From a virus: a stretch of DNA of 55,487 bases. Below, piece after piece: positions 1-9,130 of this stretch. The position numbers were made by a program, and so were the translations under genes. Where the stretch lies: the IMG/VR virus record IMGVR_UViG_3300045988_108176, positions 1-55,487 of that record, one strand, 5' to 3'. A model generated the notes under the pieces. That model was not told the DNA's origin. It saw only the letters and a program-made list of their open reading frames with translations, and did not search any database. The stretch's first letter is position 1; each line of letters begins with the position of its first letter.

Positions 1-55
1 CCCCACCGCAGCGTCGTTTGTAGCACCCCGGGGGGGGGTCTGAAAAACAACCCCC
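1..55. repeat. terminal direct repeat, copy 1 (identical to 55433..55487); circular-assembly overlap
   Basis: 55/55 nt identical when both window ends are read directly. Confidence 0.95.
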
Positions 56-57
56 CC
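26..57. other. GC-rich island: CCCC-G9 run (26-38), 12-nt spacer, C7 run (51-57); potential G/C hairpin
   Basis: The homopolymer runs are read directly and stand out in an AT-rich non-coding region. G32-38 can pair with C51-57. Confidence 0.5.
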
Positions 58-77
58 TCCTTGCATCGAGCGGCTCC

Positions 78-107
78 TAGAAAAATCTCCGGAGGGATAT
101 TTTTCTA
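78..107. repeat. imperfect inverted repeat (hairpin), 9 bp + mismatch + 3 bp, GGAG loop
   Basis: tagaaaaatctcc/ggag/ggatatttttcta read directly. Confidence 0.7.
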
Positions 108-163
108 AAAAAATACCGAAAAAGTGTATGGAAAGTACCGTATTTCTATGATATTTTACACAT

Positions 164-239
164 ACAGACAAGAAAAACTTCATGTATCCTCCTCCAATAC
201 ATAACAATAGTCTTCCTCCTTAAATAAATTCTTGTCTGT
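164..239. repeat. 11-bp perfect inverted repeat pair (164-174 / 229-239) enclosing two TCCTCC tracts
   Basis: acagacaagaa ... ttcttgtctgt read directly, just upstream of the first gene. Confidence 0.7.
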
Positions 240-280
240 AGCTGTAAAATATTATAAGAAATATGTAAATGAGGTTAAAA

Positions 281-2011
281 ATGAAATGTTCTATTGATTC
301 TAAGACTAGAGAAATTATATTTTTAGATAGTTCAGAGTGTTTTGGTGTTGAATTTGACAAAAAAACACAAAAAATAGAATTCTCATGTCCTAAAATTGTC
401 GGAGACAATCTCGATTTAAGCCAATGTATATGCAGAATTAACTATATGAACGCAAAAGGTTATCGGGATTCATACTTAATAGAAGATATTTTAGTAGACG
501 GTGATGACGTAACATTTACTTGGACCTTATCAAGTAAAGTAACCGCTGGTAGAGGTAACTGCTCGTTTATATTTTGTGCTAGACAGGTAAATGAAAACGG
601 CGTAATAGAGAAAGAATGGAATACAACTATCGCTAAAGCGTCTATAAAAAGAGGACTTGAAACTAACTCATACATCGAAGAAGAGCATAGCGATATTTTA
701 GAAAGTATACTCTCTAAAATAGATAAACTTGAAAACACAGAAGTAATAACAGTGAAAGACTGGCTCGAAAATGATACTAATTCACCTAAGTATATAGAGA
801 ATAGACCGGGTGGTTATTCGTACTATAAAGATTCTTTTTTTTATAACGGTACACTTGGTAAAGTATCCTATATGTCAAGTATAGTCGATGCTGATTTTAC
901 ACAATTAAATATTGATTGTCCATTAAATGTCAGTGTAAACGATGGTGTGAAAAAAGAATACTTATTTTCGAAAATAGACACCGACGACTATACAATGTAT
1001 TCGGCTGGTACATTACCTATTAATGAACAAGGACTAGTATCCGTTGATAGAAACGATATAATTGGAACTAGTGATTTTTTAGTTCAAAAAGCAGTAATGA
1101 AATCATCAAATAAAATCGATTATCTTTTAACATTTGACGGAACATATCAATCAATTAAGATATCACAACCAGTACTAACTGACGCTCCATTTGACGTTAA
1201 ATATTTGAATTACAAAGAAGTGACTATTGATGGAGAAATCGCTAATTACACTGGAAAACAAATATATGAGTTTATACAGTCTGGTTACAATGTTGTTCTT
1301 CGTGATGGAACAACAATATACTATCCTATAGTACGAACTTCTAATAAAGGAATGTCTAGTATAGAATTTTTAGGAATAGTTTGGTCTTCAGGTAGTTATG
1401 GTCCTACTCGTTATGTAGAAAGTAAATCGTTCCTTATTACCGATACAACCGGACGTTATGTATCGTATCCGGTTATTAACCTTCCGTATGTAACGGTACC
1501 CCATTATGCAATTACCTACTATGACAAGTATGAAAGTCCTAATTTTGCTTACCTATTCGGGTCTGTTACTAAAGACGATAAAGCTTTAATAACTGGTGGT
1601 AGTGTCTATTCTGCTATGATTAACCAATGGTATGTAATAAAGAGACATACTATTAATACAAATACTACAGAAATTGAACCTACAATTAATACCAAATCTT
1701 TTCCAGACGGTGTAGCAAAAATATATATATCATGGGAAGATTTAATTTCGTCTTCTGACGCTTCTGTCAATATTTATTTAAACGACGTAAACATTACGGA
1801 GAACAATAGTCTTATAAATATTAACGGAACGAAATCGAGCGGATGGTTGATATTCGAATACAACGGATTATTTTGGAAACTGTCAGATTCATTCGGAGAA
1901 ATACCTAACGAATATAAACGAATAGAAGGTTCCAGAGCCAAGAAGATTAAAATTGTGGCTAATGCGGACATTACGTCAGGTACCATAGAAATATACGGAG
2001 GGAAGTTTTAA
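281..2011 (+). CDS. putative tail fibre / receptor-binding-like structural protein
   Basis: Long ORF. Preferred start is ATG 281 (GAGG 271-274) rather than 269. The beta-rich N-terminal ~130 aa resemble BppU-type baseplate/fibre N-domains. No catalytic motif seen. Confidence 0.35.
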   Translation: MKCSIDSKTREIIFLDSSECFGVEFDKKTQKIEFSCPKIVGDNLDLSQCICRINYMNAKGYRDSYLIEDILVDGDDVTFTWTLSSKVTAGRGNCSFIFCARQVNENGVIEKEWNTTIAKASIKRGLETNSYIEEEHSDILESILSKIDKLENTEVITVKDWLENDTNSPKYIENRPGGYSYYKDSFFYNGTLGKVSYMSSIVDADFTQLNIDCPLNVSVNDGVKKEYLFSKIDTDDYTMYSAGTLPINEQGLVSVDRNDIIGTSDFLVQKAVMKSSNKIDYLLTFDGTYQSIKISQPVLTDAPFDVKYLNYKEVTIDGEIANYTGKQIYEFIQSGYNVVLRDGTTIYYPIVRTSNKGMSSIEFLGIVWSSGSYGPTRYVESKSFLITDTTGRYVSYPVINLPYVTVPHYAITYYDKYESPNFAYLFGSVTKDDKALITGGSVYSAMINQWYVIKRHTINTNTTEIEPTINTKSFPDGVAKIYISWEDLISSSDASVNIYLNDVNITENNSLININGTKSSGWLIFEYNGLFWKLSDSFGEIPNEYKRIEGSRAKKIKIVANADITSGTIEIYGGKF

Positions 2012-2015
2012 AACA

Positions 2016-2321
2016 ATGAAAGCAATGATTTCACAACCCATGAATAATACTACGGCAGATTATATTTTGTATCGTAGACAGAATGCAACGAACACTTTAA
2101 AGAATTTTGGATACGACGTAGAAGATACATTTTTTACTAGTAATTGTTACATATCCGACGACACTAAAAATTTCTCTGTCGCTTATTTAGCTAAATCAAT
2201 AGAAGCTATGTCTAAATGTGACGCGGTATATTTTTGTAAGGGCTGGGAAGAAGCACGAGGATGTAAAATCGAACATGAAGTAGCTAGGAGTTATGGTCTA
2301 GCAATTATTTACGAGGAGTGA
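2016..2321 (+). CDS. DUF4406-like (nucleoside 2-deoxyribosyltransferase-like fold) protein
   Basis: 101 aa. MISQPM...ADAVYF..GW..ARG...E pattern typical of DUF4406 phage proteins. Confidence 0.55.
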   Translation: MKAMISQPMNNTTADYILYRRQNATNTLKNFGYDVEDTFFTSNCYISDDTKNFSVAYLAKSIEAMSKCDAVYFCKGWEEARGCKIEHEVARSYGLAIIYEE

Positions 2322-2326
2322 TATTT

Positions 2327-3187
2327 ATGGTAAAACTTAAAGGTATAGATGTGTCACATTACCAAGGTGATATTAATTGGAAGGCTGTAAAAGAATACGG
2401 TATTGAGTTTGCTTTTGTTAAATGTCTTCAAGGTAAAAGTAAAGTCGACGAGTGTTTCCACACGAACATGAGAAACGCGATAGCAAATGATATTCCTGTT
2501 GGCGTGTATGTCTATAGTAAAGCGAAAACAATAGACGACGCTGTGGCTGAAGCAAAAAGGGTAATTAAAGAATGTTCGCAGTATAAGTTAACATACCCTG
2601 TTGTGTTTGACTTCGAGTCTAAACATTTCGAAGATATGAGTCTCGCAATGCGAGGCAAGATTATTGACGCGTTTTGTCAAACCATCTTATCAGATTGTAA
2701 ATACATACCAATGCTGTACAGCTCTCGATATTGGCTTATGCATATGATTCCAGCTGAAGTAGTAAAGAAATATGATATTTGGCTGGCTGAATATACTACA
2801 GGTAAACCGAAATATACCGGTGATTACAAAATTTGGCAGTATGGTGTCGGAAAAGTAACCGGCGTTATCGGAGATGTAGATATGAATATAGGGTACTATG
2901 ATTATGGGAAGGAGAACAATATGGAACCTATTATTTTTGGAAAAGAAGGTATCATTAGTTGCGAGGACGTAAAGAAACTTCAGAAATTTCTTAATGAAAT
3001 GCATTATCACGACATGAACGGAAAGAGTCTCTTAGAAGACGGTAAATATGGTCGTAAAACTGATTATGCTCTTAATATGTTTGTAAATAACCACGCTAAC
3101 TTCGCTAATATCGTTCCGGCGAAAGTTGAAACTAATCTTACCATTAATGGCGCTAATTTAATCGGAACATTGTATAAAACGAAGTGA
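2327..3187 (+). CDS. endolysin: GH25 muramidase + C-terminal PG_binding_1-like domain
   Basis: KGIDVSHYQGDINWKAVKEYGIEFAFVK is a GH25 signature. LQKFLN...DGKYGRKTDYALNMF is a PG-binding repeat. ATG 2327 follows GAGGAG; the track start 2318 is a GTG. Confidence 0.85.
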   Translation: MVKLKGIDVSHYQGDINWKAVKEYGIEFAFVKCLQGKSKVDECFHTNMRNAIANDIPVGVYVYSKAKTIDDAVAEAKRVIKECSQYKLTYPVVFDFESKHFEDMSLAMRGKIIDAFCQTILSDCKYIPMLYSSRYWLMHMIPAEVVKKYDIWLAEYTTGKPKYTGDYKIWQYGVGKVTGVIGDVDMNIGYYDYGKENNMEPIIFGKEGIISCEDVKKLQKFLNEMHYHDMNGKSLLEDGKYGRKTDYALNMFVNNHANFANIVPAKVETNLTINGANLIGTLYKTK

Positions 3188-3199
3188 AATATATGAATT

Positions 3200-4069
3200 A
3201 TGATATACGTGAATAATGAAATATATCATCATGGCGTAAAAGGACAACGATGGGGGTTTAGACGTTATCAACCTTATCCAAAAGGAAAGCACGGAAAGTT
3301 TCTCGGACAAGATAGAGACAATGATATAAAAATCGATAAAGGTACTGACGTATATCGAGTTCAACAAAAAGGACAATTTTACACTAAAACACCGGGTCGT
3401 AGAATGTATGTGACTCTTGATAAAATTGACGCTTTTAATTATGCTTCTGCTAGCGCAGGATTAGACGGTGCTGGATTGCATGTTGAAATGGTAAATCATG
3501 ACACTGGTGAGATAGCAACGATGAAACTAAATAAGAATGTAATTATACCTTCTTATGAGAAAGTAATGGACGCGTTTATTAAATCGTTTGACGGTTTAAA
3601 GGTTAAGGATGCTGCTAAAGAGATGTATAAAGCTGATGAACCCGGTATCGATAAAGGCGAAAAAGTCTATAGAAATAAATTAGTTAAAGAGTTTTTAAAT
3701 GAAGTTAAAAACATTGAAAAAGATGACGCCTTAGATAGAGCATACATTTCATTCGTAGGAACTTTCATGGATGATTCGAAAGCTAAGCGCGCTTTCTTTA
3801 AAAACTTAAGCGACCAAGGTTATAATGCGATTATCGACGATTTTGATGTAAAATTCGGTAGCGATAACAAAAGACAAAATTTCATTGAGTCGATGATACT
3901 TTTTAATAATAATGATGTATCTTTCCATAAAGCTTTGCCTATATCAGATAAAGACGCAAAATATTTATCTGATATATGGATGAACGGAGCCAGAGACAAG
4001 ACTGTTCGACGTCGTAACAAAGAGAGCGCTCGTAAATTCGACAAATGGGTTAGTTATCCTATTAGTTAA
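3200..4069 (+). CDS. hypothetical protein with N-terminal HHGVKGQRWGFRRYQ module (paralogue of the 5160 N-domain)
   Basis: Motif at aa 9-27. Downstream similarity to the 5160 ORF (GT.vYR, GYNA..D). Confidence 0.6.
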   Translation: MIYVNNEIYHHGVKGQRWGFRRYQPYPKGKHGKFLGQDRDNDIKIDKGTDVYRVQQKGQFYTKTPGRRMYVTLDKIDAFNYASASAGLDGAGLHVEMVNHDTGEIATMKLNKNVIIPSYEKVMDAFIKSFDGLKVKDAAKEMYKADEPGIDKGEKVYRNKLVKEFLNEVKNIEKDDALDRAYISFVGTFMDDSKAKRAFFKNLSDQGYNAIIDDFDVKFGSDNKRQNFIESMILFNNNDVSFHKALPISDKDAKYLSDIWMNGARDKTVRRRNKESARKFDKWVSYPIS

Positions 4070-4128
4070 GATAACCGACTCACGTTAAATAAAAAATTTA
4101 AAAATCAAAATGGGAGGAGGCGGTAATA

Positions 4129-4428
4129 TTGGCTAATAAAAAAGCTAGCTTTTTAACCCAAGAAGGAAAAGAAAATCATTTGATATCTTTGGCGATGGAT
4201 GCTGCTGAAAAACAGCTTATAGAAGGAACTGCCTCTTCTCAGATAATAACTCATTATCTGAGACTAGCTACGGTTAAGTATCAGCTTGAGTTGGAATCGC
4301 TGAAGGCAGAAAATGCACTCAAAGCAGCCAAGACAAACGCCATAAACGATTCTAGGGAAGACAAAGAATTATATTTGAAAGCTATTGAAGCTTTCTCGAA
4401 ATATTCAGGCGAAGATGAAGAACTATAA
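4129..4428 (+). CDS. possible terminase small subunit (TTG start)
   Basis: 99-aa helical protein directly upstream of HNH and TerL. GGGAGGAGG SD lies 8 nt before TTG. Function is inferred from position only. Confidence 0.35.
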   Translation: MANKKASFLTQEGKENHLISLAMDAAEKQLIEGTASSQIITHYLRLATVKYQLELESLKAENALKAAKTNAINDSREDKELYLKAIEAFSKYSGEDEEL

Positions 4429-4825
4429 CGAATTAATAGTATTGAAAACATTTGACGAAAGACTTGATTATTTACGTTTGTTTTCTAACGTTTGCGAAAA
4501 CACTTTCGGAGGAAATAGATATTTTAATCAAAAGTTCTACATGTCAGAAGAATGGAAGAAGATTAGAAGAAATGTTATCATACGTGACAACGGATGCGAT
4601 ATGGCTTTAGAAGGTTATGACATAAATACCAAGCATGACCGAATAATGATACATCATATAGTTCCTATTACTTATGATGACATAATCAATCATAGCCCTA
4701 AACTTATAGACATGAACAATTTAGTCTGTGTTCGCTACAATACGCATAATTTAATACATTATTCCAGAGACAATGGTTCTTTTGAGTACACGCCTAGATT
4801 TAAGAATGATACTAAATTATGGTGA
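4415..4825 (+). CDS. HNH endonuclease (terminase-associated)
   Basis: IRDNGCD...HHIVP...N..VCVRYNTHNLIH is an HNH motif. ATG 4415 overlaps the end of the upstream gene. Confidence 0.8.
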   Translation: MKNYNELIVLKTFDERLDYLRLFSNVCENTFGGNRYFNQKFYMSEEWKKIRRNVIIRDNGCDMALEGYDINTKHDRIMIHHIVPITYDDIINHSPKLIDMNNLVCVRYNTHNLIHYSRDNGSFEYTPRFKNDTKLW

Positions 4826-4829
4826 ATAC

Positions 4830-5156
4830 ATGGAAGAAAGTATATTAACAACTATAAAAAACATGTTAGAGATAGACTTGGACGACGACTGCTTTGATGA
4901 GGAATTAGTTACATATATAAATACTTGTTTTATAACGTTAAAACAAGTAGGCGCCATAGATTACGACTTCTATATCGCCGATAAAACTACAAGTTGGTCT
5001 GATTTATTAAAGGATAAAGTGTCGTCGTTCCAATCTTTAAAAACATACATATATGCTCGTGTTAAAATATTGTTCGACCCTCCGTCTTCATCGACTTTAT
5101 CATCATATGAAAATTTAATTCGGGAATTAGAGTTCCGATTAGGAATGGAGAATTAA
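4830..5156 (+). CDS. gp6-like head-tail connector / DNA-packaging-type protein (putative)
   Basis: N-terminus IKNMLEIDLDDDCFDEELVTYINTCF matches the Phage_connect_1-type pattern. Start is ATG 4830. Confidence 0.4.
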   Translation: MEESILTTIKNMLEIDLDDDCFDEELVTYINTCFITLKQVGAIDYDFYIADKTTSWSDLLKDKVSSFQSLKTYIYARVKILFDPPSSSTLSSYENLIRELEFRLGMEN

Positions 5157-5159
5157 TTT

Positions 5160-6605
5160 ATGGGATATGAGTTACAGCATCATGGTGTAAAAGGACAAAG
5201 ATGGTATGTTAGACGGTATCAGAATTATGACGGGTCATGGACTGATAAGGGACGAGAACGTTATGGAAAAGACGTTAATAAATCAGCTAATAAAGTTGAA
5301 AGTCGAGAATTCTTAACGGAAGAACGTTCTATACCTGCTGGTACAAAAATGTATCGAACGTCCGTTAACCCCAATGAAAATCAAAATGGTTCTGTTTATG
5401 TATCATACTTAGACCCAGAACGGAACTTATATAAGGGTGGATGGGTTAGAAACACATCATATGCATATAAATCTTACGAGTATAGTTTTACTTTGAAGGA
5501 TGACTTAAAAATACCAAGCCGTCAGACTCAATCGAAAGTAATTTCAGATGTAATAAACGAAGACAAAAATAAAACATTACACGATATAGTTTGGAATAGA
5601 AGTTTAATGCTCTTTGGTGATTACATGCTTAGAGACCTTATTAAACATAATTATGACAATAAAGCCAAAAAATTTGTAGACGAGCAAATACACAACGTTT
5701 ATAAAGGTATGGGTGCCGACCAATTAGCATATTATGCAGCTCAAACGTTTGGATTAAATACTAAACTAAAAGATGAAGTTATACGTAGATTATCTAAAAT
5801 GGGTTACAATGCTATGGCGGATGAGGCATCTATCGGAGGACGTTACGGACAAATAAAGGAAGGATACGACCCCTTGATATTATTTGATAGAAACCTTTTG
5901 AGAACAGATTCAGTTGATAATATTTCTAGAAGAGAAGAACAGAAAGCAGCTAAAGCAGCTATAAAATGGCGTGAAAAAGCTAAGAAAAAGTCAGTTGCTT
6001 GGAGTGTCGATTTTACAGACAATGCTTTACAGCATCATGGTGTAAAAGGACAACGATGGGGCTTTAGACGATATCAGAATTATGACGGGTCATTAACCGC
6101 CGCCGGTAGACGTAGAATAGGTCAAAATTACAAAGCACAGTTAGCTGTTGAAAAACGAATCGATAAAATAAACAAGAAACGGGACAGTAATCGAAAAGCA
6201 ATAAAATTAATAATTGAGAACAAAAAGTTAAAAGACTTAAAAGAAGAAGAAGATTTATTGCTGAACAAGAAGATATGGGATATACAGAGATATGCTCCGA
6301 TTGCTAAAAAAAGTGCACTAGCTAAGGTTGGAGGTTGGTTATTAAAAGACGTTGTAGCTCCTCCGATTAAAGCGGGTGGTCAGAAAATAATCGGGAAAGC
6401 AATATCGCCCATTGTCGATAAGCTAACCGTAAATTCCAAAATAGTGGATAAAGAGACTAAACAGATGAATAAAACAATAGCAGATAAAGTTAAGAAAATG
6501 TTTAAAAACATGAAACACAAAAAAACAAGCGATTTAAACGTTGACGAATCGTTCGATGAAATGACTGAACGTTTAATCGAATACTTTAATAAAAAGGAAT
6601 TCTAA
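5160..6605 (+). CDS. hypothetical protein with two HHGVKGQRW modules (aa ~6-30 and ~291-315)
   Basis: Two ~70-nt near-identical DNA segments (5172-5240, 6027-6095). C-terminal lysine-rich coiled-coil-like tail. Confidence 0.6.
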   Translation: MGYELQHHGVKGQRWYVRRYQNYDGSWTDKGRERYGKDVNKSANKVESREFLTEERSIPAGTKMYRTSVNPNENQNGSVYVSYLDPERNLYKGGWVRNTSYAYKSYEYSFTLKDDLKIPSRQTQSKVISDVINEDKNKTLHDIVWNRSLMLFGDYMLRDLIKHNYDNKAKKFVDEQIHNVYKGMGADQLAYYAAQTFGLNTKLKDEVIRRLSKMGYNAMADEASIGGRYGQIKEGYDPLILFDRNLLRTDSVDNISRREEQKAAKAAIKWREKAKKKSVAWSVDFTDNALQHHGVKGQRWGFRRYQNYDGSLTAAGRRRIGQNYKAQLAVEKRIDKINKKRDSNRKAIKLIIENKKLKDLKEEEDLLLNKKIWDIQRYAPIAKKSALAKVGGWLLKDVVAPPIKAGGQKIIGKAISPIVDKLTVNSKIVDKETKQMNKTIADKVKKMFKNMKHKKTSDLNVDESFDEMTERLIEYFNKKEF

Positions 6606-6607
6606 GG

Positions 6608-8350
6608 ATGTTATCAAATGTTGCTGCTCCAAAGTATTATTCTATGTTTAGACAAAAAGTAATACGCGGAGAAATTTTTGTAAACAAGCAAGTCGAAATG
6701 CAGATGAACCGCATAGACGAGTTAATACAGAATCCAAACTATTACTATGATGATAGTATTGTTGAAGGATTTATATTTTTTTGTGAAAATGAATTAACTT
6801 TAACTGACGGAGACGATTTACATTTATTAGATTCGTTTAAACTATGGGCTGAAGATTTACTTGGCTGGTATTACTATATAACAAAAAGTGTTTATGTACC
6901 AGACGGGGCTGGCGGAGGTCGATATGTTAATAAACGCATTAAAAAACGACTACGCAGCAAGCAATACCTTATAGTAGGACGAGGTGCATCTAAGACATTG
7001 TACGATACATGTATACAAGCATACTTTCTAACTGTAAATAAGAAAGCATCTAAACAAGTTACAGTAGCATACACTATGCGTCAGGCAGAAGAAGTACTCG
7101 GGCCTTTAAAAACTGCTATTTTGCGAAAACGAGGGCCTGTTTTCAAGGTATTAACAATCGGTTCTAAGTATAATACCACTGGAGACCCAGAGACCAGACA
7201 AAAATTAGCGTCTACTAAAAAGGGAATAGAGAACAGATTAAACGGTTCCACACTAGAAGTGTATCCTATGTCGATAGATAAACTTCAAGGTCTAAGAAGT
7301 TCAGTTAATACAATCGATGAATGGTTGTCGTGCGACATACGAGAAGACGTAGTTGCCGCTGTAGAACAAGGTTCATCTAAAAATAACGATTACGTTATCG
7401 TTGCTACATCATCAGAAGGAAACGTTAGGAATGGTCCCGGTGATACAATCAAAATGGAGTTAATGCGAATTTTAAAAGGTGAATATTACAATCCGCATGT
7501 GTCTATATGGTGGTATAAACTTGACGATGTTGCCGAAGTTTCTCATCCTGAAATGTGGGTGAAAGCTAATCCTAATATTGGTCTGACGGTCTCTTATGAA
7601 ACATACCAGTTAGACGTTGAACGAGCAGAAAATAACCCGTCAGTAAGAAATGAAATACTTGCTAAACGTTTTGGGCTACCTATGGAGGGTTATACGTATT
7701 TCTTTACTTATGAAGAAACGTTAAAATCGAATATAGTTAGCGACTATAGACAACTTCCGTGTGCTTTAGGCGCAGACTTATCCAGAGGTGATGATTTCTG
7801 CTCTTTCACTTTTATGTTCCCAATGGGAAACGAGAACTATGGTATAAAAACACGTAACTACATAACCGAACAAACATTGTACAAATTACCGTTAGCTCTT
7901 AGAAGTACTTATGAGACTTTTATCGACGAAGGTAGTTTAATCGTTACAAATGGTACTATTTTAGATTTAAGTTATGTGTACGAAGAATTGTATCAATACA
8001 TAATTGACCAACAATTGGATGTTCGATGCTTAGGATATGACCCATTTAACGCTGGAACATTCGTAGAAAAATGGGAACGAGATTTTGGGCCGTACGGTAT
8101 AGAAAAAGTGATACAGGGGTTCAAGACAGAATCGGTGCCATTAGGAGAAATAAAGAAATTAGCTGAATGTAGGTTACTACATTTCGACCAAAACATCATG
8201 CAATTTTGTATGGGTAATTGTATCGTTATGGAGGATACTAACAAAAACAGAAAACTCACTAAAAAGAGAAACGATGAAAAAATCGACGCCGTTGCAGCTT
8301 TGCTCGACGCGTTTGTAAGTTTTAAACTTCACAGAGATATGTTCGATTAA
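6608..8350 (+). CDS. terL: terminase large subunit
   Basis: 580 aa. Walker A-like LIVGRGASKT, IDEW Walker B-like segment, C-terminal nuclease segment EKIDAVAALLDAF. Sits next to HNH. Confidence 0.85.
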   Translation: MLSNVAAPKYYSMFRQKVIRGEIFVNKQVEMQMNRIDELIQNPNYYYDDSIVEGFIFFCENELTLTDGDDLHLLDSFKLWAEDLLGWYYYITKSVYVPDGAGGGRYVNKRIKKRLRSKQYLIVGRGASKTLYDTCIQAYFLTVNKKASKQVTVAYTMRQAEEVLGPLKTAILRKRGPVFKVLTIGSKYNTTGDPETRQKLASTKKGIENRLNGSTLEVYPMSIDKLQGLRSSVNTIDEWLSCDIREDVVAAVEQGSSKNNDYVIVATSSEGNVRNGPGDTIKMELMRILKGEYYNPHVSIWWYKLDDVAEVSHPEMWVKANPNIGLTVSYETYQLDVERAENNPSVRNEILAKRFGLPMEGYTYFFTYEETLKSNIVSDYRQLPCALGADLSRGDDFCSFTFMFPMGNENYGIKTRNYITEQTLYKLPLALRSTYETFIDEGSLIVTNGTILDLSYVYEELYQYIIDQQLDVRCLGYDPFNAGTFVEKWERDFGPYGIEKVIQGFKTESVPLGEIKKLAECRLLHFDQNIMQFCMGNCIVMEDTNKNRKLTKKRNDEKIDAVAALLDAFVSFKLHRDMFD

Positions 8351-8463
8351 TAAACTATTTGGTTAGGGGTGAATTTTTTAAAAAGAGGCGATTCCATTGC
8401 AGATTTTATAAAACCGAAACTTGAGTGTCAATACAACTAAGAAACGAAAGGACGGTATGTATT

Positions 8464-9045
8464 ATGGAATTGGAACAGAAACAACATAGTAGTGGTGTAG
8501 CTAAAGCTGGTTTGACAACCGGAATAATTGGTAGTTCTTTGGGTGCTTTGAGCTTGTTAAGCGGGCTTCCTTCTTATCAGAATCGTAATTTTCAAAATGG
8601 TGCTTGTCAATGTGAAAGCGACCATATTGTAAGTCGATATGAATTAGACCAATCTCAGGAAATCGCGAGACTTAAATCCGACCTCGCTCTTAGAGATGCT
8701 AATATTTACGGTGACCAGAAGATGCTGGAGTTATACCGTTATATCGATGCAAAGTTTATTGAATTTGAAAAGCAGTTCGCAGCCCAAGCAGTAACAGAAC
8801 AGGCAAATCGAGATTCGTTTAGTATGCTTAACGAGCGTATTGGTTGTCTTAAAACTGAACTTTGCGGAGCTATAGCTAATGAACGGCATGAACGGCGTTG
8901 TTCTGATAACACTATCGTTACGTACTCGAATGCTACGTTTTATCCCAAACAGGTAGCGGACATTACAACAGGCACTGCAACTACCGCTCAGGTATTGTAT
9001 AATCCGTTACCTGCTGAAACGTGCGATTGTAATTGTTGTAGATAA
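8464..9045 (+). CDS. hypothetical membrane-anchored coiled-coil protein with Cys-rich C-terminus
   Basis: N-terminal hydrophobic segment GLTTGIIGSSLGALSLL and C-terminal ETCDCNCCR. Preferred start is ATG 8464. Confidence 0.5.
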   Translation: MELEQKQHSSGVAKAGLTTGIIGSSLGALSLLSGLPSYQNRNFQNGACQCESDHIVSRYELDQSQEIARLKSDLALRDANIYGDQKMLELYRYIDAKFIEFEKQFAAQAVTEQANRDSFSMLNERIGCLKTELCGAIANERHERRCSDNTIVTYSNATFYPKQVADITTGTATTAQVLYNPLPAETCDCNCCR

Positions 9046-9083
9046 TTTAATAAAAATCAAGTAATAGTTTATTGATATTTTGA

Positions 9084-9118
9084 CAGAAGAGGTCTCCCCT
9101 AGCCTCTTCTGGTTTTTA
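9084..9118 (+). terminator. rho-independent terminator
   Basis: 9-bp perfect stem cagaagagg/cctcttctg, 10-nt loop, then GTTTTTAT. Confidence 0.7.
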
Positions 9119-9130
9119 TGGAGGTTAAGT

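Noticed and set aside
30-38. The G9 homopolymer as a phase-variation switch
   Set aside because: It lies in non-coding sequence with no reading frame to toggle. It cannot be distinguished from a sequencing or assembly homopolymer issue without reads.
1-183. A minus-strand 61-codon ORF with a strong SD (GGAGGAGG, 6 nt before the ATG at 183) that runs off the left edge and stops at 55430-55432 on the joined circle
   Set aside because: - It would be the only minus-strand gene.
- It reads through the G9/C7 runs and the hairpin, giving GGG/PP tracts.
- The product has no recognisable features.
- The TCCTCC tracts are more likely structural or regulatory. I record it as unresolved rather than call it.
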